From Emiliania huxleyi CCMP1516 (taxonomy: Eukaryota): a DNA stretch of 64,000 nt. Positions 33,927 to 44,006 of the stretch are shown one piece after another. Positions within the stretch are counted from its first letter, which is position 1. Every line of letters starts with the position of its first letter. The notes below the pieces were generated by a model. It was not told the origin of the DNA and searched no databases. It was given only the letters and a program-made list of their open reading frames with translations. The stretch is taken from NCBI RefSeq assembly GCF_000372725.1, contig NW_005201338.1:166041-230040 (forward strand). The letters run 5' to 3'. The position numbers and the translations under genes are program-made.

Positions 33927-34612
33927 AAAAAGAAAGAAAGAAAGAAAACACACAACCCAAGGGAGGGATGGGAGAACGGCACGCCGCCACCACACAGGGA
34001 TTTTAAGGAGAGGAGAGTGTGATGCGCTAGCCGTCGCCCACCCTGGGGAGTCTGCCTCTTCGTATCTCTTTTCGCAGTCTCTCGCCGCTTCTCGCTGCAA
34101 CCTTCATGCCACCTCGCGGCCGTCCCACTCTCGTCGTTCTCTCCCTTGTCACTTCCTCTGGTGTAAAGAAAGAAAGAAAGAAAACACACAACCCAAGGGA
34201 GGGATGGGAGAACGGCACGCCGCCACCACACAGGGATTCCTCTGGTGTAAAAGAAAGAAAGAAAACACACAACCCAAGGGAGGGATGGGAGAACGGCACG
34301 CCGCCACCACACAGGGATTTTAAGGAGAGGAGTGTGGTGCGCTAGCCGTCGCCCACCCTGGGGAGTCTGCCTCTTCGTATCTCTTTTCGCAGTCTCTCGC
34401 CGCTTCTCGCTGCAACCTTCATGCCACCTCGCGGCCGTCCCACTCTCGTCGGTCTCTCCCTTGTCACTTCCTCCTCTGTCGCGTCGTTCTCTTCTGCCTC
34501 GTCCTGCGACGCCGCCGCCTGCCGGTCCCTTGTTCTCGCGGCTTCTTTCGCCTTGCGCAACTCCGTCCTCCTCGCGGCGTATCCTGGCCCCTCGAGTCTA
34601 TCAAGCTCCCCT
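33927..34612 (-). mobile_element. Three tandem 5'-truncated copies of retroposon family B with (TTTC)n tails
   Basis: AAAGAAAGAAAACACACAACCCAAGGGAGGGATGGGAGAACGGCACGCCGCCACCACACAGGGATT starts near 33935, 34173 and 34254. The longest copy encodes the ORF end ...RPRGGMKVAAR..RVGDG*. Confidence 0.85.
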
Positions 34613-34667
34613 GGTGTACTGTTAGTTAAAAAGTTGGCGTGAATTCTTTGTTGGTGCTTGGCTTGCA

Positions 34668-37548
34668 ATGAGTCGCATGGACGAGCAACGCCGTCTCGCC
34701 GCGCCGGCGCTCGCAGCCGGGAAGACGCACACCGCCTCGTTTGCTCACCGTCCAACCGGGTGGCGGGTGCGCTGCCACCGGGCTCCGATGCTGAAGAACT
34801 CGGAGCTCTCGGCGAGCGCCTACTCGCAGGGCGCGTGGCGGCGTGAGCTGGGCCTCACACTCTACGCGGGGCAGCACCTGCCGGGCCAGCTGTACGGCGG
34901 CAACAGCCTCGAGCTCTACCACCCGGCCTCTGGCGTCCGCATCAGCTTCTGCGCGCTCGAGGCGCTTCGCTCGTGGGCCGGCCTCGACTGCGCGCCCGTG
35001 CCGCACCTCTCGCCCAGCGCGCCGCTGCCAGCGTGGGACTACACCTTCACGACCGCCTACCCGGGCGCCGTCGCCGTCGCGCCGCCGGGCGCGGGAGTGC
35101 CCTCACAGCCCGACGGCACCACCTTCTACGCTCGTGCCGCCGTCGACCTCGCCGACGGTCCCGCCAGGCTGAGGCGGCCGCTGTGCAAGTGCCGCGGCGC
35201 GAGCGGCCGGCCGCCGCTCGTGCCGGTCTCCGACCCTCACCCGCTCGCCGACTGCGAGCCAGCGCCGCCGAGTCCGCCGCCTCCCCCGCGCTGGAGGCGC
35301 GCTGCCGAAGAGCTCGACCTCGCGTCGCTGCTGCGTGGGCGCGTCTCGAGGGCAGCGGAGACTCCGCACGTGCCGTCCGCCCGGCGAGCTCCGCCTCTCC
35401 GCCCGCCGTAGGCGAGGTGACGCGCCTCCCGAGTTTTGTGACTCGGTCGACTTGTGGGAGGAGCGAGACACTTCCTAGACGCTTCCCAGACACGTCCTAG
35501 ACACGTCCTTGACACGTCCGAAACAGCGACTCGGCTTGCTTGGGGTGCAGAGCCGCCGCTTGCGGCTCACGCCTCGGGGCCTCCTGCTCCAGGACAACCT
35601 CGACCCGCAGTCGAGGTCCACCCTGCGCGTGCGAGTGGTCTGCACCGGCAGCCTCCTGCTCGCCTCGCTCCGCTGCTTTGTGCGCGTCAACGGCGTGGCC
35701 GCGAGAGTAGTGGACACGCGGTACCTGCTGCGGCCGGATTCGGTCCTCCGCGCCCGCTCCTGGAGGGAGGGGCGCTGGGCGGAGCTCGCTGGCGAGGGCG
35801 CGCCGTCCCACGTCGACCTCGGCCCAGACGAGGACAGCCTCGCCGCCGCGCGCCTGCCAGTCGTCCGCCCGCCGCTGACCGAGCTGCTCCGCCTTCCGAC
35901 GGCGGCTCGGCCGGGCCGAGGCGGGGAAGGAGGCGGGGAAGGAGGCGGCGGAGGACGCGGAGGACGCGGCCGCGGGCTCGGAGGCGCCGCCCTCGAGCCT
36001 CGCTGGCGGCGCGCGTTTGGCGGGGAGCTGGAGGGCGTGAGTGTGGACGGCACGCGGGTGGTGGTCGCGCACTCGGAGGGCGGGGTGGAGCGGCTCGAGC
36101 TGTCCGGCGGGGGGCGGCTCTGGCTCTCTGCGCTGCGCCACGGGGCGGCTGCCGCCGCCGTGGCCCTGTCTCCTTCGGAGGCGGACGGCGGTCGGCTGGC
36201 GGTCGGCGGGCGGGGCGGCGAGGTTGAGGTGTGGAGGGCGGAGAGCGGCGACCTGCTCGCGTCGGTGAGCGTGGTGCCGGCTGGGCCGCGCCGCGCTGTC
36301 GCTGTGTCCAATTGGGTCGAGTGGCTCTCGTGGCGCGGCGACGGCGGCGCGCTCGGCTGCGCTGCGGGTCGCTGCGTGGCTCTGCTGTCCTCAGGCGGCG
36401 AGGTGGTCGCGCGCCGCGAGGCGAGCGGCCAGGTCGCCGCGCTCGCTTTCGTGGCGGGCGAGTTTAAGCGGGTGGACGAGGCGGCCGAGGCCGGGGCGGG
36501 CTGGCGGGGGAGGCTAGCGGTCGGCACGTACGGTGGCGTCGAGTGGCTCTGCGCGGGCGGTGCGCCGGCCGAGTCCCTCGCGCTCGGCGGCGGTGCGGTG
36601 CGCCGCTCTCGCCGCAGCACACCTTGTTCCTTCTACGACCCTCCCTCTCTACCTTCTGGGAGCCTTCCCGTGAGGTGCGCTGCCTCGCCGTTTCGCCGAG
36701 CGGCGGCCACCTTGCCGCCGGGTGCCTCGACAAGCGGGTGCGCGTCTTCCGGCGCCCCAGCGCCCCCTCGCGGGCAGCCACTTTGGACGGCGGCGGCGGC
36801 GGCGCGGCGGCATCGGCAGAGGGCGCACCGCCAGGAGAGGCGCGGGGTGCGTGGGCAAGGGTGGCGCCGTGGGCGGTCGCACCGGCGCGCGGGCAGGGAG
36901 GGTGCGGGCACCATTCGGCTGCAGCTCTCGCGACACCTGCGCGGCACTGCGTCTCCAGGCGCACGACTGGATCGGGTTCGACGGGCCGGTGAGGCTGGTG
37001 GCGTGGAGCGGAGACGGGGTGCGCGGCCGAAGTACCCCCACCTCTCCTCTACGCACACGTCTTCTTTCTGCACCCCCGCCGCCTAGCCCACCGCTTCTGC
37101 CCCCCCTCCCCCCCCCCCCCAGGCGTGGCTCGCCGCTGTGGGAGGCAGCCAGCTCCTCGCGGTGCCTACCGCCCTTCCCGCCGGCGAGTCGCCCGTCCTC
37201 TGCTGCAGCGGCCGCGTCGAGGCGCTGGTGTGGGGCCCGGCTCGCCACCCCGCACACTGGCTGCTCGCGACGCTCGAGACTAGCGCGGCGCGCGTGTACG
37301 ACATGCGCCTCGCCGACGGCGCCGCGCCACGCCGCGTCGCGCCGGTCGCGGCGGTGAGTCTGCCCGGGCTCGACCCGCGCGGTGCGTCGCCCTCGATATC
37401 GTTCGGCGTCATGGCGGGCGGCGAGGACACGCCACAGCGGTCCTTGGAGTCGGATGGCTCGGAGCTTCTCCTCGTGGTGACACGAGGGAGCGGCTTGGAA
37501 GCTGTGTGCTTGACTTGTGGGACGACGGAGGGCAGCTTTTCACATTAG
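34668..37548 (+). CDS. TIP41-like domain fused to a WD40-like beta-propeller, multi-exon
   Basis: TIP41-like: GWRVRCHRAPML..LPGQLYGGNSLEL..ISFCALEAL..WDYTFTTAYPG and DNLD..STLRVRV..RCFVRVNGVAARVVDTRY. WD-like: AVALSP..RLAVGGRGGEVEVW, VRCLAVSPSGGHLAAGCLDKRVRVF, GFDGPVRLVAWSGDG. Confidence 0.72.
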
Positions 37549-38284
37549 CGCTGGACATTGGCGATTCCGCGACTTACTGGGCCCCTGAGCCGCTACCCGT
37601 GTGCAATTTTTGTGGCCCGGACATGATACTGATAGTAAACGGGTGAGAACCGGCTAAACACAGGCTACAGCCCCACACACGCGCCCGCCATAGCTCCTGG
37701 AGAGCATGCAGCATGCGCGAGACCGAGTGACGCGCTGCAAGCCGCGAGAGTGGCATCAGAGGCAGGAACGACGTGCTCTTGCTGCACCTCGCAGCTGCAC
37801 CGAGTGTGCTCGCAGTGTATTCTACGGCCACCGCCTGCGGCATTGCTCTCGTGCAGTTGGCGACGCAGATCCATCAGCAGGGCTCATCCAATGCGAGCGC
37901 ACATTGTGCGTAGCCGCGGGCAGGTGGCAGTGCACGGCCACACCGGCTGTGGCCGCTCGTATGCCCCCGGCAGTGCTGCTAGTCATTAACTTGCGTATTA
38001 GGGCCGCAGCAGACTGCTGCTGTGGCAGCAGCAGCAGCCTGCTGCTGCCTGATTCAGTCAAGCCAGCGGCGCAGCGAGGCGTGCAGAATTCGCGTGGTTT
38101 TGTCCCTCCTGTGTCCTGAGGCTGAGCGCATTCGAGCCCGTCGACCGGAGTTGGATGGTACCACGCGTCTCACTGAGACGCGGGGTACTGGCCATGGCCG
38201 GACGGCCGAGCGTGAGGTGGCGAGCGGAGCGAGCGACAAAACAACGAGAAAAACACGGATCTGACGCGATGTCACAGATCTGCC

Positions 38285-38781
38285 AGCGCCGGCATCATCC
38301 GTGAAGGCACAAGTGTTCGAAGAGAGAGTGGACCTGAGCAATGATATGACTGGGCGGCAAATGATCGCAGTGGGCGTCAGAAGACTCCTCCTTGCGCGAG
38401 GAGGGAGAGCTCGATAGATAGACTCGAGGAGCCAGGATATGCAGCGAGGAGGGCGGAGCTGCGCCGAAAGGCGCAAGAAGCCGCGAGAACAAGGGACCGG
38501 CAGGCGGCGGCGGCGTCGCAGGACGAGGCAGAAGAGAACGACGCGACAGAGGAGGAAATGACAAGGGAGAGAACGACGAGAGTGGGACGACCGCGAGGTG
38601 GCATGAAGGTTGCAGCGAGAATCGGCGAGAGACTGCGAAGAGAGATAGGAAGAGGCGGACGCCCAAGGGTTAGGGTGGGCGACGGCTAGCGCATCACACC
38701 CCTCTCCTTAAAATCCCTGTGTGGTGGCGGCGTGCCGTCCTCCCATCCCTCCCTTGGGTGTCCGTTTTCTTTCTTTCTTTT
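38285..38781 (+). mobile_element. Longest retroposon family B copy (ORF C-terminus, 3' UTR and (TTTC)n tail)
   Basis: Colinear with the reverse complement of 34248-34612. Confidence 0.85.
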
Positions 38782-39145
38782 AGAACGTCAGATCTGCCTC
38801 ACCCTGGGCTGGACCTAGTCAGTTAACAACAGAACAACAGTGGGGTTCCCCAACAACAGTAGCTAACGTTAGGCCGGCTGAACAACAATAAGGCTGCAAT
38901 AAGGAAGGCCTACCAGTGACCCACGACGGGATCTCCAGCGTCCAGTGCGGGTAATATCCGAGAAAATACCTGCAACCTGGGACCCCCCCCCCCAGCGCCC
39001 AGGTCTCGAGCCCCAGGTTTTTCGGGGTTTACCCGGGGTTTTTGGCATTTGCTTGCTGACCGCGCTGAACGGCAACAGTAACAACAGTAACAAAACAGTA
39101 GCAGCTTGGGCTGGGGTGAACACTTGAACAACGTTAAGGATTTCA

Positions 39146-39269
39146 GCACATGCACATGTGCATGCACATGTACATGTCATGTTGTTGTTGTTGTGCATGT
39201 GACATGTACAACAACAACAACAACATGTACATGTACATGTGCATGTCCATGCACATGTGCATGTTCATG
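39146..39269. repeat. Palindromic CATG/(GTT)n-(AAC)n inverted repeat
   Basis: ...CATGTTGTTGTTGTTGTGCATGTGACATGTACAACAACAACAACAACATG... flanked by CATG(C/T)A repeats. Confidence 0.9.
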
Positions 39270-39346
39270 GTGTGACGTGCTTCGCAGGGAGTCGTATGTT
39301 GTTAATCCGATATGTCCCCACATGCACAACCCCCGACGCCGCTGCC

Positions 39347-41011
39347 TCATTCGAGGGAAAGGAACGCGTTTCGCACCCCAGCCACCATGCCCGCCACGCC
39401 GGTCAGAACTAGCAGAGCGTTGAGGGAGAGGGAGCGCCACCCGAGCGACCGGCCGTGCGCGCCGACGTAGAGGAGCGGGGGGGCGATGAACGAGATTAGC
39501 ATGGTCGTGAAGGAGCCGATGAGCGCGATGACAAATGGGAAGTTGGGGATGGAGGCCGCCAGCAGCCCGGCGGCGGCGAGGAGGAGGAGGCGGCCCACGA
39601 GGCTGTCGAGGCTGACGCAGGGGCTGCTCCCTTTACTGTCCGGCTCCAGCGGCCAGTCGACGCCCTCCTTGCCGTTGTCGCTGGCGCGGTAGTCGGGACT
39701 GGCTCGCCGGCTGTAGAACTGGATCTCGGAGAGGATGCGGTACACGACGTAGAACTGGATCGGGATGATAGTGAAGGTGGAGACGAGGACGGAGACGGCG
39801 GCGGCGCGGCCGACGGCGGAGTTCGCGTGCATGAGGTTGAATGTGACGGCGCCGGCGGAGCACGAGCCAAAGGACGAGTAGCCCGCCGCGGCGAAGAGGA
39901 GGTACGCGACGCCGGCGATGGCGAAGCCTCTGTCGAAGGCGGAGCTGAAGTGCGCCCTCTCACTCGCCGGCATCTGCTGATAGAGGTCGGGGAAGGTGGA
40001 GTGGCCCGCGAAGCAGAAGAGGACTACGCCGACGCTGACGCCCAGGCCCTGCGGGTTGAAGACGTCGTGGCGCATGGCCGCTGTGCCGCCGCCGTCGCCG
40101 AGGGCGGGGCACGGGCTGCCCTCCTCGACGGGGCTGCCCTCCTCGACGAGTGGCGTGACCAGGGCGGCGGAGAAGAGGACGAGCGACGCGAAGAGGCCGA
40201 CCGGCGCGAAGACCGACAGGTGCGCAGGCCGCAGCAGCGTTGTCGGTGCCACCGCCAGGCAGAGCGCGACGGCAACAAGGACCTTGCTGTCGCTGGGAAG
40301 CAGCCCCGCCAAGACGACCGGCCAGCTCGAGATGTGCAGCACAATGAAGGAGACCATCGCACCGAAGCACTCGACCACGAGCAGGAGGCGCACGGCCGCT
40401 CCGGCGAGCGGCCCACCGACGGCGGTCGCGAGCTCATCGTACGAGCGGACGGGCCGACCCTCGCCCGAGAGAGCCCACCGCTCGTTGACCGTGTCGAAGG
40501 ACCAGATGAGCTGCTTTGCCGTCGTGCAGGTGGCGAGAGTCGCGGCGACAATGATCAGCAGCCCGCCCCAGCCGGACTGGCCCATTGCGTACGGGAGACC
40601 CAGCAGCCCCGCACCGATCAGGACGCCGGCCACGGAGAGCGAGAACTGGTTTGCCGTCGGGCCGCCGCCGTCGAGCGGCGCGGGAGCAGAGCCGGAGCCG
40701 GAGCGCAGCCGTGCCGCCGCCGCCGCCCGCCAGCCGTGAGATAGATCGGCGGCACCGAGGGCGGCGTAGCTGCCGCTGATATCATTGGAGCGAGCGCGCC
40801 GCCGCCTCGGTTTTTCTGCCGTTTGCTGCGCTTTCTTGACGCCGAGGTGCTGGAGGGCTTCGGTGGAGAGGTTCTGCGGGAGACGCGCGAGCGGCGAGGT
40901 CTTGAGTGTGCCTCCCGAGAGCAGCAGGCTCGCCGCGGGCTGGCGGTGGCGGCCCGAGTGCAGCAGGCTCGTCTCGAGCTGCTCGCGGCGCGTTTTGTGC
41001 TCGGGCAACAT
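39347..41011 (-). CDS. Amino acid/auxin permease (AAAP, Aa_trans; vesicular/AVT1-like) transporter
   Basis: LIGAGLLGLPYAMGQSGW, SYDELA..GG, LFCFAGHSTFPDLY..M and IPNFPFVIALIGSF, with about 11 hydrophobic segments in a single ORF. Confidence 0.92.
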   Translation of the reverse strand: MLPEHKTRREQLETSLLHSGRHRQPAASLLLSGGTLKTSPLARLPQNLSTEALQHLGVKKAQQTAEKPRRRRARSNDISGSYAALGAADLSHGWRAAAAARLRSGSGSAPAPLDGGGPTANQFSLSVAGVLIGAGLLGLPYAMGQSGWGGLLIIVAATLATCTTAKQLIWSFDTVNERWALSGEGRPVRSYDELATAVGGPLAGAAVRLLLVVECFGAMVSFIVLHISSWPVVLAGLLPSDSKVLVAVALCLAVAPTTLLRPAHLSVFAPVGLFASLVLFSAALVTPLVEEGSPVEEGSPCPALGDGGGTAAMRHDVFNPQGLGVSVGVVLFCFAGHSTFPDLYQQMPASERAHFSSAFDRGFAIAGVAYLLFAAAGYSSFGSCSAGAVTFNLMHANSAVGRAAAVSVLVSTFTIIPIQFYVVYRILSEIQFYSRRASPDYRASDNGKEGVDWPLEPDSKGSSPCVSLDSLVGRLLLLAAAGLLAASIPNFPFVIALIGSFTTMLISFIAPPLLYVGAHGRSLGWRSLSLNALLVLTGVAGMVAGVRNAFLSLE

Positions 41012-41473
41012 CGAGCGTGATGGTCGTGGCGTAGCGTGAGAGGCAGGGATGGGATGACAGTAAGGTGCGGCTAGCTTCAGTGGGTGCGCTGTGATGAAGG
41101 CACGTGTCGTTTGCCGACAATTTTACTTTTTTCTTCTTTTCAAAACGGACCTGCAGAGCCACACCAAATTCCTTTGCTTTTTTCCTTCTCCACCACACGC
41201 AGCAGATCTCCATGGCGGCGGTGGCGGGCGACGCCGAGAGGAACATCAACAAGCAGGCGCGCAAGATGCGCACCAACTGGGTCACGAACAAGAGACAAGA
41301 GAAGATGTTTCTCTCTCGAACAAGCAAACGGCGACGGACGGCTTCTTGCGCTCAGCCCCAGTGGAGGGCGCCCGTACCGCCTAGCTCCGCGGACGCCCCC
41401 CCCCACCCTTCACGTACGGATCATGTAGTTAGTCCCCACAATCGCTCGTGGGATCGCTTGCTTGTCATGTGAG

Positions 41474-41575
41474 AGAAAAGAAAGAAAGAAAGCAAAGAGA
41501 CAAGTGGAGGGATGGGAGGACGGCACGCCGCCACCACACAGGGATTTTAAGGAGAGGAGTGTGGTGCTAGCCGTC
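41474..41575 (-). mobile_element. Short retroposon family B 3' end
   Basis: GGAGGGATGGGAG.ACGGCACGCCGCCACCACACAGGGATTTTAAGGAGAGGAGTGTGGTGCTAGCCGTC matches 34278-34350. Confidence 0.85.
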
Positions 41576-41661
41576 ATGGAGAGAGTGCGTTGTGTTATGA
41601 GCTATGGCTTTCTCCCACACCTGGTAGCGACGACGACCACGAGGCTCTCGCTGGATATATT

Positions 41662-43071
41662 ATGGCAGAGAAAACCGCCTCGTCCTCCGCGATGACCGAC
41701 TTAGAGCCGCGCGACACGGACTCGGTCGTCGGCGACCTCAACGAGGTTGCGATGCTCGACGACCTCCAGGTGACCGAGGAGATCGACCTCGGTCCGGACG
41801 ACGTGCCGCCGCCGGACGACGAGTCGGAGCTCGGCGACGGCTCCGTCATGGGCTCAGGGGACGAGATGGAGGAGATGGCGATGGAGGACTACGGCCAGGA
41901 CAAGGCGGGTGCGGCCGGCGCGTCGGCCGATGCTGCCGCGCCCAGCGAGCCGGTCGAGGACCTCAGCGTGCAGTGCCTCCGGGCGCACACCTCGGCGGTG
42001 TTTGCGGTCGCGGTGAACCCTGCCCAGCCTCACGTGTTCGCCACCGGCGGCGGCGACGACGTGGCCCACCTCTGGCGGCTCGGCTCAGAGGCGCCCGTGG
42101 CCGCGCTGCGCGGCCACACCGACTCGGTCAGCTCGGTCGGCTTCAGCGCCGACGGCTCGTACCTGGCGACGGGCGGCCTCGACGGCGCGGTGCGTGTGTG
42201 GGCGGCGGACGGCTCGCTGGTGGTGCTGCTCGAGGGCCCGACGCAGGGCATCAACTGGGTGTGCTGGCACGCGCGCGGCCACGTCCTCCTCGCGGGTAGC
42301 GAGGACGCCACCGCGTGGATGTGGAAGGTTCCCGAGGGGGCGGTGATGCAAATCTTCTCTGCGCACTCCGCGTCCGTCTCGTACGGTGGGTTCGCAAACG
42401 GCGGCCGCTCCGTCATCACCGCCTCCGAGGACGGCACCATCCGGCTGTGGAACCCTCGCGCCGGCACCGTCGAGCACTGCACGCACGCCTCCCCGCCGCA
42501 CGAGCCAGAGGCGGTCACCTGCCTGGCGCCGCACCCGTCCCAAGCCGTCTACCTCTTCGGCGTCGAGTCGGGGGCCGTCAAGATGTGCACCGCACCAGCC
42601 CGCGCCGCACCCGCGCCCCCCGCCATCGCGCCTCGCCCCGCCGCCTCACCCCGCCCCTCCCTCTGCCCCAGTGCGCACGCCGAGAGCGGCAAGCTGCTCG
42701 CCTCGCTGCCCGCGCACGAGGACTCTGTCGAGGCGGCCTCCTTCTGCGAGTGCATGCCGCTCGCCGCCACCGGAGGCATGGACGGCAAGCTCTGCATCTG
42801 GGACCTCAACACCTACGGCCTGCGCCACACCTGCCTCCACGGGGCGGGCGTCATCGAGGCGGTGTGGCGGCGCGGCTCTCCGCTCGTCTTCAGCTGCACC
42901 GTCTCAAAGGAGGTGCGGCTGTGGGACGCCCGCTCCGGCGCATGCCTCAACACCCTGACCGGCCACACCGACGCGGTGCTCTGCCTGGCCGTCGGCTACC
43001 CGGAGGCGGGCGCCTACCTCGTCAGCGGCTCGGACGACAACACCGCTCGAGTCTGGGCCCTCGACGTCTGA
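41662..43071 (+). CDS. AAMP: WD40 ribosome-assembly chaperone Sqt1/AAMP
   Basis: Acidic N-terminus followed by DLSVQCLRAHTSAVFAV..ATGGGDDVAHLW, GHTDSV..FSADGSYLATGGLDG, LEGP..INWVCWHARGHVLLAGSEDATAWMW. Probable in-frame intron near 42586-42671. Confidence 0.88.
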   Translation: MAEKTASSSAMTDLEPRDTDSVVGDLNEVAMLDDLQVTEEIDLGPDDVPPPDDESELGDGSVMGSGDEMEEMAMEDYGQDKAGAAGASADAAAPSEPVEDLSVQCLRAHTSAVFAVAVNPAQPHVFATGGGDDVAHLWRLGSEAPVAALRGHTDSVSSVGFSADGSYLATGGLDGAVRVWAADGSLVVLLEGPTQGINWVCWHARGHVLLAGSEDATAWMWKVPEGAVMQIFSAHSASVSYGGFANGGRSVITASEDGTIRLWNPRAGTVEHCTHASPPHEPEAVTCLAPHPSQAVYLFGVESGAVKMCTAPARAAPAPPAIAPRPAASPRPSLCPSAHAESGKLLASLPAHEDSVEAASFCECMPLAATGGMDGKLCIWDLNTYGLRHTCLHGAGVIEAVWRRGSPLVFSCTVSKEVRLWDARSGACLNTLTGHTDAVLCLAVGYPEAGAYLVSGSDDNTARVWALDV

Positions 43072-44006
43072 GCGCAACGGAGAGAGTCACACATTATCGC
43101 GCGGTCAATGGTCGTTCTCTCTGAAGCAAAGAAAATGAATGGATACGCCCCGCGGTCATCCTTGTCTTGTGTGGTGTGCGCGCGCGCGCGCGCTAGGCTC
43201 TCGCGATCGCCTATGGCGCCTCCCCCGCGCCGCGGCACGCCCGAGAGCGCCGGCCGTACTCTAGGCGTAGCGCCGAGGAGGTCTCAGACCTCTTTGAATA
43301 CGCCGACATCGCTGCTTGGCTGGTCGCCAGCCCCAACTTGACGTCACTCCAGCATCTCGAGGCGTGTCCGAGACTAGCACGGAAGACACGAGTGCATTGT
43401 CCTCATATGTTCATTGTTGTCCCTCTCGCGCAGGCGGCCAGGCGCTCACACCGTCCACCGCACCACCGGGTGCGGCCTGCGTATGTCCTCGTCCTTTGAG
43501 GTCTTGAAGGGGAAGGGGCTGTGTGTCTGTGCATGCATGCATGCATGTGCATGTGCGTGTGTGTGTGGTCGGCGGCGGGGGGGCGCGCGCGTGTGAGTGT
43601 GTGTGTCCCAGAGAGGGATTTTTCGCTCAGCCTGCGGGTGCGTCCGCGCGTGCACAAAAAACCATCAACCCAACGGGGCGCGCGGCGCCGGGGGCCCGCA
43701 CGCCGCACTCGCGCAGTAGTGACAAGAGTGTGAGAGAGGTCAACATACAACAAGACTCAAGAGCCTCTTGGGAACGTGAAGAGCGTCAAGACTCAGTCGA
43801 GAGAGATGAGATGCAACATGCACGAGACGTCGAGAGACGCAATCGTGTTGTCTGTGACACTAGACACGTCTCGCCACAAAACGTCAGCTCCTTCGGCTGT
43901 GAGGCTGAGGAGCATATACGCGCTGTACCGATGTGCGCATCCTCCTACATCCTAGAAGTACCCTTCTCTTGACGGAGGAGATGCTGGATGCTGGATGGTG
44001 GTGGGG

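Noticed and set aside
37574..38260. Short ORFs in a CAG/CTG-rich interval
   Set aside because: No recognisable protein motif, so a gene call cannot be supported from sequence alone.
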